This document shows positions 29,797 through 43,300 of a stretch of DNA of 64,000 bases, piece by piece (position 1 is the stretch's first letter; the number at the start of each line of letters is the position of its first letter). The notes below the pieces were generated by a model. It had not been told where the DNA came from. It did not search any database and saw only the letters and a program-made list of their open reading frames with translations. A program made the position numbers and the translations under genes. The DNA is from Cyanophora paradoxa CCMP329 (lineage: Eukaryota; Plantae; Glaucophyta). The DNA lies in the NCBI GenBank assembly GCA_004431415.1, contig QPMI01000267.1:20730-84729 (forward strand). The letters run 5' to 3'.

Positions 29797-30740
29797 CGGA
29801 TCGCGGGGCGGCGCGGCCGCCCCTGGAGGTGGCCGGTCTGACCCTCGTAGGCCTCGACCTGCGCCTCCCCGGCGCCCTTGACGCCCTCGTCCCTCTCCTC
29901 GCCCGCGGCGTGCGCCCCCCGCCCCCGCCTATCCCCCGGCGCGGCCCCTGAGCCGCCTCCGCCAGGCGCGCTTCGTGACCCTCAAGGGGGCCTCGGGGGT
30001 GGCGGCCCTGCTGCGCGCCCTCGCCGCCCTGCCCCCGTCCCGCCCCTTCCTCGCCGCCGCCGCCGCGTGCCCCTCGGACTCGCCGGCGCCAGCGGTCGCT
30101 GCGACGACGGGCGGCTTCCACTTCGCGTTTGACGGCTGCGAATGGGGCACGCAGGAGGCGCGCCCCGCCGCCGGCCGCCTCCCAGCTCCCCTCACGCGCC
30201 CTCCCCGCAGCTCGCGGGCCTGGCGTCGCTCGGCGGGCGGGTGGAGAGCCTGCGCGTCGAGGGCCGCCCGCCGAGCAGCGCCGCGCCCCCGGCGGCTGCC
30301 CTGCTCGAGGCGGCGGCGGCGCTCGCGGCCCTCCGCCACCTCGAGCTCGCTTCGTGCCCGGGCGCCGTCCCCCTGGAGGCGACGCGGCGCCTCCTCGCCG
30401 CCTGCCCCCTCCTCGCCTCCCTCTCCCTCGCCAGGTGCCCGCCCCTGCCGGCGGCCCCGGCAGGCCTGCCCCTGAGAGGGCGCCAGGTGCGCCGCGCTGG
30501 AGGCCGGCGTGCTGGAGGCCCTCGAGGGGCGCCGGGAGGCGGCGGGGCGCGATGGGCGCCCCTTCGCCTTCGAGGCGCCCCCGAGGCCCCCGAGGCGGAG
30601 GGCGGTCCCGGAGCCTGCCCAGCCCTCTGACGACGAGTCCCCCCCCCCCCCCCCCCCTCCGAGCGCTCCGAGCTCTGCCGCGCCTGTTTGCGTCTTCTGC
30701 AGCGAAGAAGTGCGGTCGAAGAACAGGCGCGGCTCTGGGT
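28581..30740 (+). CDS. F-box/LRR protein (3' end approximate)
   Basis: F-box LIDLPDELLLRVFSSC...RCALARTCKRLHQL followed by LRR-like exons (LRHLELASCPG, ACPLLASLSLARC). Confidence 0.8.
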
Positions 30741-30745
30741 CTGCC

Positions 30746-33700
30746 TCAGGGCGCGGGGAAGCAGGCAGCGTCGAAGGCGGCGCTGAGCTGCGGCCAGGCG
30801 GCGTCCGAGGCGAGGGACGGGGCGAGCCCCGCCGCCCGCATCCCCTCCGCCGTCGCCACGAGGAGCGCACGGGCCGCCCGCCCGAGCCGCCGCCCCGACG
30901 CGAGCGTCACGAGTCGCACTGCGAGGCCGTCCGCCGCCGCCCGCGCCGCGGCAACCGCCGCGGGTCTGCTCCGCCGGCGGGTCGGGCAGAGGGCGAGAAA
31001 GAGGGCGGGGAGGGTGGCGGGAGGGCGCGGGCAGCGGAGCAAGCGGCGAGCTCCGGGGCGGGGCACCCGAGGAGGGCGCCCTCGCCGGGGTCCTCCGCCA
31101 CCAGCGAGGGGCCGGCGGCGAGCGCCGCCCCGCCCTCGCCCTCGCCCTCGCCCGCGCCCTCGGCGGGTCGGCGCGGGGCCGGGGGCGCGGGCGGCCCAGG
31201 CGCGGGCGGCGTGGGCGAGGTAGCGGAGGAGGCCGTCGGGGCGCTCGGCGAGGGCCGCGAGGTCGAGCGTGTCACACGCCCACGCCGCCACCCGCCCCGC
31301 CCCGCCGCCTCCTCCCCGCGCCCCACCCCGCCAGCGCCCCAAGCGGCCGCGCCAGCGCCGGCGCCAGCGCCGCCCCCGCCTCCGACTCGCCGCACAGCTG
31401 CCGCCAGCGCGCGGCGGCGGCGGCGAGGGGCGTGCGGGGAGGGGCCGCCCCGCGGAGGCGAGGTGCGCGGCGAGGAGGGCGCCCTTGGCCCGCAGCACCG
31501 CCGGGGGCCGCGGAGGGCGGCGGCGACGGCGGCGGCGGCGGCGTCGCCGCCGCCGGCGTGGAGGGCGCAGGCGGCGGGGTCGCCGGCGAGGAGCGCCGCC
31601 CCCGCCTCGGGCTCCGCCAGCGCCGCCGCCTCCGCCAGCGCCCAGAAGGCCGCCTCCGCCTCCCCCGAGGGAAGAGCGCCCCGGCGGCCGGCGCGCAGCA
31701 GGGGCCGGGGCGGGGGCGGGCACGGGCCCGGTCGAGCGCAAGGGCGAGCGCGCGGTGGAGCTCGGCCCGGACGGTGGCGTGCAGCGGGGGCGACGGGAGC
31801 GCCAGCGCCTCCGCCAGGGCCTCCGCAAAGGGGCGCCAGAGGGCCCCGGGGCGCGCTGCGGGCGGCGGCGGCGGGGGCGCAGGCGTCGAGGAGGTCGGCG
31901 GCGAGCTTGCGGGCGCGCCCCGAGGAGAAGAGGGCGAGCAGCCGCGGCATCGCCCGCACGAGCGCCTCCCGCACCTGCCCCCGCCCCCGTCAGCGTGCGT
32001 CCCACCCCGCCGCCCCGCCCCCGCCCCGCGCGCCTCGGGCTCGAGGGAGGGCCAGCGGGCCGGCTCGGCGAGCTCCGAGAGGAGCGCCGCGGCGCGGGCG
32101 ACGGCCGCCGGGGAGCCCGGGGCCGGGCACGTGGCGCGCCCCACGAGCAGGAGCACGGCGGCGGCGCGCCCGCGGGGCCCGGCGCCGCTCTTGAGGGCGC
32201 GCTGCACGAGCGGCGTGTAGTCGAGGGGCGGGAGCGAGGCGGCGTGCCGCGCCAGCACCCGCAGCGCCCCCGCCAGCGCCTCTGCCGCCCCGCCGTCGGC
32301 CGCGGCGGCGGGGCGGGCCGGGGCGGAGGCGCGGGGCGGACCTGGGGCCGGGGCGGCGGCGCCGGGGCCGCCCTCGACGAGCTCGAGGAGGCAGCGGACG
32401 ACGCCTTGCCGCACGTTCGGCAGCGTCAGCGCCGCCCGCTCCCCGCCACCTGCGCCCGCCGCCGCCGCCGCCGCTGTGCCCGCCGTGAGGAAAAGCCTCG
32501 AGAGGGTGGGGAGGAGGGGCAGGCCGTTCGCACCGCTGAGGAGGCCGGCGCCGTCGCCGGCGGCTGCGGCTGCGGCGGCGGCGTGGCGGGCGGCGAGGCC
32601 GGCGACCGCGCCGAGGGCCATGGCGGCGAGGCGCCGGAGCTGCGACCGGCGGCTCGCAGGGCGGGGCGGGCGGGGCGGGGCGGGCGCACCTTGGAGTCGG
32701 CGTCGGCGTCGAGGACAGCCTCGAGGGCCTCCATCGCTTCCCGGCCGCCCCGCCGCCCCCGCCTCCGCCAGCGCCCGCGGCAGCTCCCGCACCCGCCGCG
32801 CTGCCGCAGCTGCCGCCGGCACCGCCGCCCCGAACGCCGCGCCGGGAGTCCCGCCGCGGGGGCCGCCACGAGGTCCGCCCCGAGGGCGTGCCCAATCGCT
32901 GCGCGTCGTTAGCAGAGAAGGCCGGAGAGGGTGAGCGGCTGGAGCATACCGAGAACGGCGGCGGCTCGGGCGGCCGGCGGGCGCTTCGCCGCGGCCGGCA
33001 CCACGGCCGCCCATCGCTCCAGGAGGGCGCGAGGGGCGTCGGGGCCGCCGGGGGCTGCCGGCCCGTACCCCTCCCGATCAAGCATCCGCAGCTGCGCGCC
33101 GGCGGGAGCTTGAGCGGCCGCGAGGGATCACAAAGGAGGGAGGGGCACCGCGGTGGCGAGGGCGGCGGGGCTGGCCCAGGCGAGGGGCCCGGATGCGTCG
33201 GAGGAGCCGGCGAGGGCGCGCTCGGCGTGGGCGCGCAGGGGCGCGAGGGCCGCCGCGACGCCCTCCGCGGAGAGCAGGTCGAGGGCGAAGCAGCGGGCGA
33301 GGAGGGGCGGGAGGGCGGCGCAGGCCCCCGCCGCTCGCCCCTCCACCGCCGAGTCCACCGCCTCCGCCGCCGCCGCCACGAGGCCCCGCAGCAGCCTGCG
33401 CCCCGCGCCCCGCCCGTTGGCGAGGGCGCGCCGAGCAGCGCGCGGCGCTCGGGGCGGGCCCTTGCATGCCGGCGGCCGCCGCGTAGGAAGCGGCACCGCC
33501 GAGGGCGGCGAGGGCGCCGCCCTCGTCCCACCCGGCACCGTCCGCCGCGCGCGGCGGCGGCTGCGCCGCAGGCTCTCCGCCGACTTCGCCCTGCGCGCGG
33601 CGTCGCGGGCGGCGGGGCGAGGCAAGGCTGGGGACGGCGGGCCTGCAGGGAGGGCGGGAGGCGGGCGGCGGCCAGGAGGGCCCGGAGGGCGTCGGTGGCG

Positions 33701-36700
33701 AGCTCGCGGCGGGCGCCGCGGCCGCCCTGCGCGGGACTGGAGTCAGCTGCGGCGGGACGGCCGAGGGCGGGGGGCTCGCTCGGGCTCGTGGGCGGCGGGG
33801 GCCCTCGGGGCCGTCCGCCTCCTCCTCGTGCGCGGCGAGGCCCTCCAGCACGCAGCCTGCGCCGCGTCGGCGCTGCCCCGGCCCCGCAGGCGCAGCGGCC
33901 CCGCAGGCGCCGCGCACCCAGCCCGAGGGCGGCCCCGCAGCGGCCCCACTCCCCAACCGCTGCGCCGCCTGTCACGTGCACGGCGCGCTGCGGGGCGGCG
34001 CGGGCGGCGGGCGACGCACAGGGGCTGGCGAGGGCGTCGGCGAGGGCGGCGAGGGCAGCTTGCCGCCGCGCCGTCTCCAGTGGGGGCAGCGACGCTGCGC
34101 GCGGGCGGCTCGGGCGCTGCGCCGCGCGGCGGGCCCGCAAGCACGCCGCACCCGCTGCGAATCCAAGGCCGGCGGCGGCGCCGAAGGCGAGCCAGTCGGC
34201 GCCCTCCTGGGAGGAGTTGAAGGGCGGGCGGGCGAGGGGCGGGGGCGGGGCGGACGTGGCGGGCGGCGAGGGCGGGGAGGAGGGCGTCCACGGCCGCCTC
34301 GATCACGGCGTGCGCCGCCGCCGCCTCCACCGGCACCGCCGCCCCCTGGTGCGCCCTGCCAGCCCCGCTCGGCCCCTCTCCTCGTTGGCGCGGCGAGGAG
34401 CCGGCGCGCACCGAATGGCGTCGTCGACGGCGGCGGCGAGGGTGCCGACGGCGAGGGCGGCGTTGAGGGCTGCCGCGGGGCCCCCCGGCGGCTCGGCGAG
34501 CGCCTGCGCGTTCGTCAGAGGCGCCGGGCCGCGCTGGAGGGCCGCGCGGGCCGGCAGCAGGCTCTCGAGAAGGGAGCAGGCCGCCTCGTGCAGCGCCGGC
34601 CAGCGCCCGCCGGCCTCCCCCTGCGCCGCACCTCGTCCCCGCGCGCGGGGCGAGGGCCGGGCGGCGCACCTTCGCAGACAAGAGCGGGCTCCCCGCGAAC
34701 TCGACGGGGGCCTGCGCCAGCAGGCACTCCCTGCGCGCGCCGGCGCCGAGGGGCCTCAGCGGAAGACCGGAGAAGGGGGCGGGGACGCTCGGACCGCATG
34801 AAGGCGCGCCAGGCCGGGGGCGCGGCGAATCGAGCGAGCCAGTCGGAGGCCGGCGGCTCTTGCAGCGCGTCCGTGAGCCGCCGGCGCGCCGCCCGCGCCG
34901 CCTCCTGCGCCGCCTCCTCCCTCTCGCGCCGCTGCCGCTTCTCCCCCGCCGTGCGCGCCGCCTCCGGCCGCGCCAGCGGGGCCCCCGGCGGGCAGTGCAG
35001 CGCCCCGAGGGCCGCGCCGGCGCGCACCAACGGAGGAAGGGGCGCCCCGCCGGCGGCGGCCGCGTCGGCGGCGGCGCGGACGCGCGCGGCGGCGGCGGCG
35101 GAGGCGCGGGCGGCGGCAGGGAGGAGGGCGTCGTGCGCCTCGGCGGCGGGGCGCGCGGCGGGGCCGGCCGCCTCCCGCCCCCCCTTGGAATCGCCCCCGC
35201 GCGGCTTGAGGGCGGTCCACTGGGCGACGCCGCGGCGCTGGAGCTCGGGGCCGGCGGCGGCCGAGAGGAGCGCCTCGCAGGCGTCGAGGGCGGGGCCGGC
35301 GCCGCGCGCTCCCTCGCGCCGCAGCAGCTCCGCGTATCGCGCGTAGTCCGGCTGCGGCGCCTCAGGCGGGGCGGGGCCGGCGGGGCGGGGGCGGCGGCGC
35401 GCGCCTCGACCTCGGGCTCCTCCTCCTCCCCCTCCCCGGCCTCGCCGGCCGCCTTCGCCGCCTCCCCGCCCCCCTCCTCCTCCTCCTCCTCTGCCTCCTC
35501 GAGGGTGCCGGCCTCGAGGGCAGCCACGAGCTCCGGAGTGAAGGCCGCCTGCGGGGAGCCTCGGCGTGGTGCGGCCCCGGCGGGGCGGCGGCCGCACCAG
35601 AGCCTCGTAGGCCGCCGCCCGCACGCCCTCGGGGCCTCCTCCGAGCGCGCCGCCGCCCAGAGCCGCCGCAGCACGCCGGCCGCCTGCGGGGCGCTCAGCG
35701 GGGCGGGGCGCGGGGGCGGGGCGGGGCGGGGGCGCCTGGGCGGGGCTGGAGGCGGCGTCGGCGGCGGCGTGGCCGAGGAGGGCGAGGAGGGCGCGCTCGG
35801 GAGCGGGTGGAGCGGGGCGGGCTCGCCCTCGAGGCGCAGGAGGCGGCGCGAGACGAGGACGCGGAGGACGGTGTAGAAGTCCAGCGCGTCCGCCCCGCAC
35901 AGCGCGTCCAGCGCCTCCAGCGCCCCCGCAGCCGCCGCCGGGTTCCCCTCCCGCAGCGCCAGCGCCCCCTGCCGGCCGCCTCGCCGGGGCGCTGGTGGGG
36001 CGGGCGGAGCGGGCGGCGGGCGTGGGCGCGCCTGGATGAGGTGGAGGGCGTCGAGGGCACGGCGGGGTCGGCAGCGGGCGACCTCGCGCAGCGCCCCGCA
36101 CACCGCCAGCTGCAGCTCCCGGTCCCCCGGCGACCCCGCCTCCGCCTCCTTCGCCGCCCCCGCCAGCGCCTCCAGCAGCTGCCCCCCGTCAGGCCCCGCC
36201 CCGCGCGGCGGGCGGCGGGCCGCGGGCCTTGGGGAAGAAGCGGTCGGTCCTGCGCCAGAGGTCGAGGTAGAGGGTGAGGGCGGCGGGGCGCGCCGCCTTG
36301 ACGGCGAGCAGCGGCTGGAGGGCGCGGATGACGGGCGTGAGCGCGGCCGGAGGCGACGCCGCGCTGACGAGGTGCGGGAGGCAGCGGAGGACGCCGAGCT
36401 GCTCTGCCGCCGGCACCCGGTTCGCCGCGTGCAGCAGCACCGGCAGCGCCGCCGGCCCCAGCGCGGCGCCCGTGGCGGGGCCGAAGGCGCGGGCTCGGAC
36501 AGCGGCGCTGGGGTGGAAGGCGAGGGCGGCGAGGGCGGCGCGGTCGGGCGGGGCCAGCCGGCGGGCGGCGGCGGCCTCGGCGAGCCCGTCAAGCCAGCGG
36601 AGGGTCGCCGGCGGCGCCTCGGCCCCCCTGCAAAGGCCGCCGCCAGCGCCGCCCGCAGCGCCGCCAGCTCGCCAAGCTCCCCCGCCGCCTCCCACTCCGG

Positions 36701-37961
36701 CCTGCACCCGCCCGTGGACTCCGCACCAGGCCCGGGAGCGTCGGTCTCGGCGGCGGCGGCGGCGGCTTCGATGGCGGCGCGGGCGGCGGGCCCGGCGGCG
36801 AGGGGAAGGGCGAGGAGGGCGGCGGCGCGGGCGAAGGCGGCGTCGGCGGGGGCAGGGGCCCGGCGGCGGCGAGGGCGGCGCGGAGGGCGGCGGCGGCGGC
36901 GGCGGCGTCCTCGTCGCCCCCGCGTCGGCCTCGAGGAGCAGGGCGGCCGCCCCGAAGGCCTCCTCGGGGCCCGCCCCGCCCCCTCCAGCGCCGCCTCCAG
37001 CGCCCGCGCCGCCCCCGCCGCCGGCAGCCCCGCCCGCGCGCTCTGGCCCGCCCCCGGTCAGCACGCTCCGCGGGGCGTGGCCACGCGGGGTGCGAGAGGG
37101 CAGACCCGGATGCCGTGGGCGAGGAGCAGGGAGAGGAGGGCGCGGCGGGGGCGCCCGGCGGGGGCCCGGGGCGGCGAGGAGGCGCGCGTGGCCTCCTCCA
37201 GCGCGGCCGCGACCTCCGCGAGGGGCGCCCCGGGGCGCGCCGCGTGCCACCGGAGGCCCGCCGCGAGGGCCGCGAGGGCGCGCGCCCCGCACTCCCCGCC
37301 GCCGGCCGCGAGGCCCGCCAGCCAGGACTGCACGAGCGGCCGCATCGCGGCGCGCTCCGGCGGCGGGCTCGGCTCCCGCAGGGCGAAGGCGGCGAAGGGC
37401 TCGAGGCGGGCGAGAACAGCGGCGGCGGCGGCATCGCCGTCGGCCTCGGCGGCCTCGACGGCGCGCTGCGCCTCAAGCAGGAGGTGCTGCCACGCGCCAG
37501 GCCGGTTCGCCCGCACGCAGAGCACGAAAGGGTGCGCCTCGAGGGCGGCGGCGGCGCCGGGCTCCGGGAGGAGGCGGCCGAGGCCGCGGGCGATGGGCGC
37601 GAGGGCGGCGGCAGGCGCCACCGAGACCGCCGAAAGCAGGTCGTTGAGAACGCGGTTCCGAAACGCCTCCGAGCGGCCCGCGAGCTCCGTCAGCGCCTCC
37701 ACCGCCGCCTCCACCACGCGCGCCCGGCCGTGCTTTAGCCTGCGCTCTGTCAGGCCCAGCGCGGCAGAGCGGCGTGGCGCGGGCGCACCCTTTCGACGAG
37801 AGGAGCTCGTACAGCGGCTGCGCGGTCGCGCTGGGACAGGCGCAGCCGGGCGGGAGGCTCGCCTTCAGATAAGCGCCGGCCTGCTCGACTGCATCGCGTG
37901 CGATCGCATCCACCGGCACGCGCAGCTTCTCCCCGACCGCGGCCGGGTCCGGCGCTTTCAT
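30746..37961 (-). CDS. FOCAD: Focadhesin / RST1 ARM-repeat protein (a few apparent frameshifts)
   Basis: Segments matching the family pattern: HPFVLCVRANRPGAWQHLL, LYLDLWRRTDRFFPKLLEAL, LAVCGALREVARCRPRRALDALHLIQ, LEALDALCGADALDFYTVLRVL, EWGRCGAALGLG, LPPLDYTPLV. Confidence 0.85.
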
Positions 37962-38077
37962 CGGCGGGAGCTCCCCGGGCGTTGCAAACTGGACCGGCCA
38001 TCTCGAGGAGTACGTATATACGTATATACGTATATACTAGTATACGTATACGCCGACGTTTCCGAATTCGAGCAAGC

Positions 38078-38318
38078 CACAGCTCGTTTTTTTTCCTAAT
38101 CGACCCAACACGGCCCGGATATGGGCAAGGGTAGCCGGCGATCGCGATAACTTTTCACCCGCCGCAGAACGGCTAGTCTCCTCGCAACCGCTTGTAGCCG
38201 GCATGCTACCGGGTAGATTGCACTAGCTAAAGCCGGGGAATTCCAAAAACCCGAGGGGAATTTAACGAAACCGGATATTTGGCCGTGTCGGGTCGACCGG
38301 TAAAAAAAACGAGCTGTG
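38078..38318. mobile_element. 241-bp non-autonomous TIR DNA transposon (MITE), CACAG termini, probable 2-bp TSD (GC); CMC/EnSpm-like
   Basis: CACAGCTCGTTTTTTTT(cctaa)TCGACCCAACACGGCC at the left is the reverse complement of GGCCGTGTCGGGTCGA(ccggt)AAAAAAAACGAGCTGTG at the right; GC flanks both ends. Confidence 0.8.
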
Positions 38319-38514
38319 GCGCTATAGCTAGCGCTCTAGAGCTCAGCTCGAGGGGAGACGAATTCGAAGATGATATGCATATGCGTATGCATGCATATGC
38401 ATGCCATATGGGGGGTGCCGGCCGGCGGCCCGGATCGGAGAGTTGGTAGGGGGGCTCGTCGACAGATCAAAATCGGGATAGCGATCGCAAAGTAAACGAC
38501 AGAAATTCGGCGCG

Positions 38515-39301
38515 ATGTCAGTCAAGTACACTGAGGTGCGCGCGCGTGTTTATAAGCGGATCCGGATGCGGGCGCCGGGGCCACGCATTTATGCACCAGC
38601 GGGAGACGAAATTATTCTACGCTCGGGTTTTTGCCCCCGTCTCGCGCGAAGCGGGATCTGGCGCGTTCTCGAAGGCCGCAAATTTCTCACGACGCGCCGT
38701 CCGCCGCGCGCGCTCGCGCAGCTCTATCCGCTCGCGGCGGCGGTCGGAGTCGGCCTGGGGTTCGGCCTGTGGACCGGAAGCCAAAAGCTCTTGAGGGCCA
38801 ACGACGTCGTGTGCGCTCTTCCCTTCGAATTTCGCATGAAATTGCTTGACCCGATCCCGCCGCGCCGGCCGCGGGCCGCGGGCCGCGGGCCGCCCGTGCA
38901 GCCCGACGCGCAATCGCACCCTCGCGTTCTTCAAGGGAGACGAATACGGAGGGATCGGGCCGGAATCGGACATCTTCAAAACGAGGGTGCGCGCGGACCC
39001 TGCATCTGTCCGGGGCATTTAAACGCAATGAGCTGCAGAGCTAGCGAGTTCTAGATTTCGAGATCTCGGCGGCGAAATCAGCTGCAGCCCGGCGATCGCT
39101 ATATATCTTCGGACCCGGGATATGTCGATCATGATTGATCTGATCTGATCTCGAGCTCAGGGCGTCATCCCCGGGAAGGCTGGGCTGCGGGTGGGCGACC
39201 CGCGGCCGGAAGACTTCCCGGATCCGGTGACCGCCAAGGTCCAGCGGGGCGTGGAGCTCGAGTCCGACACCCCCGTCGCCGTCTCGCACAAGCTCAAGTA
39301 G
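38515..39301 (+). CDS. B12D / NDUFA4 (MLRQ)-family small mitochondrial membrane protein, 4 exons
   Basis: Spliced MSVKYTELYPLAAAVGVGLGFGLWTGSQKLLRANDVVPTRNR... fits the family pattern (E-x-YPL, one TM helix, N/P-D/E-V); ends VSHKLK*. Confidence 0.8.
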
Positions 39302-40396
39302 ACGCCCTCGGTCCGCGCGCGCTCCGTCCAGCGGCTCGCAGCCAGCTGCATATACGCAGCCTGGTCCGGGTCTCGACCCGACCGCGAGCTCGAGGCTTGC
39401 GCTCATGATCAGCCCCCGCGAGCGCTGGGTAATTATAATATACGTGTACATAAAAATCAATGCTAAGTAATGATTTGCACAAACACCGTTCACAAGGCGA
39501 TCGCGAGTGACACGATGCAGCTTCTGGCCGCGGCCAGTAGCTATAGGAAGAGCGGGGCGGCTCCCAGAAGCGGGGAATGGTGCATTCGTACGTTTGCGCA
39601 CGTGTGTGGGAAAGGCCTGCGGCTGGCCTGGAATTCACGGCGTTGACGCGACGAGCTTCTTGGCCTCGGGCTTCCGCGAGAGATAGGTGTGAATGTAAGA
39701 GCAGGTCGGGACGACCTTCAGCCCCTCGCGCTCCGCGACCCTGCATAGATGTATGCGCGGATGCATATGATCAGCGGCCGGACGCAGGAAGCTGGAGTGG
39801 TACGCACGCGAAAGCCTCGTCAACCTAAGCACATTGGTGAACTGAAGCGATTGCACGGATAAGAGGCACGCACGAGCTTCTCTGCGAGGCCCTGCCCGCG
39901 GTAGGATGCTGGCACGTAGGTGTGCTTCGCAGGCCGCAGGCGCAGACGGCGCTGCCCGCGTCAGCAACGGCACGGAACGGATCCACACGCGCGAGGTCAA
40001 CAAGGCACACTGACCTGCAGGTCGAGCAAAGTGCCTCTCCTCTCGTAGAGCAAGTGGGCGTCCTGTATACGCGTCGAGGGGGCTAAGAGAGCGAGTTTCG
40101 CTGCACGCACCGGCTTGTCGGAGAGGAAGAACTTCCCGGCTTGTGTGTCGTGCTGGACCGTGGAGGACATTGCGCGAACTGGGATCGCACGGCTCGCTGC
40201 GGCCGGCGCGCGCTTTCCCAGACAGCTGAGGGCAAGGACGAACGAAGCCAGGGCGTGGGAAGCGCGTTGCCGCGCTGCTTTGTGTCAAGTTTGCGTCGAC
40301 TTTGCGATTAGGTTGGGGTACGTCAAGTTGCCGGCTATTGCAAGCTTGGGCTTAGCTAGTCCGGCCGCACATTGGCGCCGGCTGCAGCACGGCAGC

Positions 40397-43300
40397 ATGG
40401 CCTCGCCGACGTCTGCACGAGACAGCGCGCGGCTCACTGCACGCTCGAGTGTTCCCACAGCCGGCTCCTCTCTTCGCCGGCCCAGCAGCGCCGTCGAATC
40501 TTCGAGCCGTACAGGCAGTTGGGCGAGCGTGCTGGGCCCCGGCTCGCTGACGGCACGGGGAAGCTTGACGCTTCGGGACAAACCGCAAGCGAAGTCGTTG
40601 ATCGAACCCTCGCGTGCGCCAGGCGCCGGCCTTCCACCGCTCTATTGAGCTCACCCGTTGCCGCAGATCCGGTGTTCTGGTCGACGCCGCTGGACCCCGG
40701 CGAATGCCTCGAGCTTGCGATGCACCGGCATGCGCTTCAGAAAGCCGCGGGCGCCAGCACGGCGGCGGAAGCAGGCGAGGCGCACACGGCGTCAGCGGGG
40801 AGCATCCACTCCCCGAATCCGCACCGACGCAGCGCCCCCAGCATGCCGCCGCGGCCGGCGTCCGCGCCGCGCGCCCGGCCGCCTAGCGCCGGGCGCGACG
40901 CCACGCGGACGCTGCTAAGCGCGACGCCGGAGCACCCGCCGCGGCCAGAGTCGCCGGCACCGGGCAGCCGAAGCAGCACGGCCCGCTGACCTTCGTCAAC
41001 GTGCCCACGGGGCCCCTGCCCCCTCGCCGCTCGCCCTCCCGACCCGGTCCACACGCGGCCCGGCGGCCGGCACACGCCGACGGCCCCGCGGGGGCGCCCG
41101 CGGCGGCCGCCGCGGCCGGCGTCGGCCTCGCGGGCGCGGCCGGCATCGGCGCAGCGGCCGGTCTCGGCGGCGTCGAAGCAGGAGGGGAAGGGCGGGGGAG
41201 CGGGAGCGGTACGGGGCGCTGCGGCGGCGGATTGCGGAGGCCGGGGCGGTGCGGGTGTACCTCTGCTGCGACTTCGACGAGTTCCGAGAGGAGCGCGAGG
41301 CGCTCCGCCGCGAGTCCGCCCGCCTCCGCCGCCTCTGCGAGGACCGGTGCCGCCCCGCCCCTCCGCCCCCCGCCGGCGCCCCGGCCTGAGCCGCGCCGGC
41401 GCTGACGCAGGGGCGTTTCATTCGACTGGGTCGACATGCGCTGGGGTCCGGCCGGGCGGGCCCGCGGGAGGGGGCGGGGCGGGGCTGAGGGGCGCGCGGG
41501 CGGGGCGCAGGGCTGACGGGGGAGGAGAGCCGGCAGCCGGAGATGCTCGTGCGGTGCCTGGACGAGGTTCGGCGCCGGCGGGGCGGGCGCGGGGAGGGGC
41601 GCGGGCCCACGCGGGCCGGCAGGTCGAGCGCGCCGCCCCCTTCTTCGTCGGCCTCCTCGGCAACCGCTACGGCGAGACCGCCGTGCGCGCCCGCGCCCGC
41701 CCCCAGCCCCCGTGGCGCCGGCGAGCCGGCGGCAGGCGCCGGGGCTGGAGGGGTACGACTCGCCGGTGCGGGCGGCCTTCGACGCCGCCGTGCGGGACCC
41801 GCGCTTCGCCTACCTCGACGGGTGCGCCCGCGCTGGGGCGGGGCCGGGAGGGGCGACGGGCGGCAGGGAGATGCGGCGGTGGTCGCTGGCGGCGTGCGAG
41901 GTCTACCACGCCCTCGAGCGCGCGGGCGCCTCCCCGCGTCGAGGGCCTCCCGACGAGCCCGCCCCGCTGGTCCCCGCCCCACCCCGCCCCGCCCCGCCCC
42001 GCCCCGCCCGCCCCGAGCCCCTCGCCGCTGCCCGCAGAAGAAGAGGAGGACGGGGACGGGGCGCTCTTTCCGCTGCACGCGCCCTGGAACCTGCCGGAGT
42101 GCAAGGGGATCTACTACCGGGACCCGGCGCTCTCGGCGGAGGTGGCGCGGCGCGAGGGCCTCGCCGCCGAGCCCGAGGACTCGCACCGGCGCCTCCACTT
42201 CCTCAAGGCGAGCCCCGCCCGCCCCGCTGGCCCGGCGCCCCCGCGCGCCCCGCGCCTGAGCGTGGTGCAGCGCAAGTGGGTCCCCGTCAAGGCCGAGACC
42301 TACCCGGGCCTCCGCGTCCGCTGGTCCCCCGACGCCGGCTACCGGGTGCGGGCGCCGGGCGGGCGGCCGTTGCGGGGCGGGGGCCGAGGGTGCGGGGCGG
42401 GGGGCAGAGCGTGTCGGAGCTGGTGGCGCGCGTCCTCCGCGACCTCGAGGACCTCCTCTCCAAGTGGGGCCCCTGCCCCCGCCCCCGCTGCCGGCGCCCG
42501 CGCCGAGGCCCGCGCCCCCCGCAGGGTGCTGTACCCCGTGGAGGAGGCGGTGCCGCGGCTCGCGGAGCGGGTGGCCCTCATCGCCGAGTCCCGCCACGCC
42601 GCCATCGTCCGCGCCGCCTGCGACACGTCCGCCCCGCCCGCCCGCCGCCCCGCGCCGCCTCACGCGGCCGGGGCGGGCGGCAGGTGGCGGCGGGCCTGCA
42701 GCGGCACGAGGCGCTGGTGAAGGTGAACGGGGCGTTCGCGGCGGGGCGCGGGTGGTGGTCGTGAAGGGGAGGCCGGGGCGGGGAAGACGACGCTGGCGGC
42801 GCGCTGGTTCGCGTGGGCGCGCGAGGAGGACCCGAGGCCCTCGCCCTCTTCCACTCCACCGACGCCGGCCACACCGCCCGCTCCGGTGCCCCCGGCCCCG
42901 GCCCCGGCCCCGGCCCGGGCCGGGCCCGCCTGACGCCTCCGGCAGCTGTCGGCGTCCTGGGGCGCATGGCGCGCGCCTCGGCACCGGCCTCCGCCCCCGC
43001 CGGCCCCGCTCTCGGCGTTCGAGAAGAACGCGCGGCACGAGAGCGCGCTGGCGGAGGCCGGGGGGCGGGTGCAGCGGCTGGCGGCGGCCTTCCGGCGTGC
43101 GCGGAGCAACGCGATCGTGCTGGTGCTGGACGGGGCGGCGGCGCTGCTGGACGAGGAGGAGCGGCCGCTCGGCGCCGTGCTGCACGCCGTGCTGCGGCCG
43201 CTCTTCGCGGCCGGGGAGCGCGCGGTGCGGGTGCTGGTGACCGTCCCTGCGGGGGCGGCCACCGACCTGGACGAGGCGGCCCTCTCGGGGGAGAACCCGC

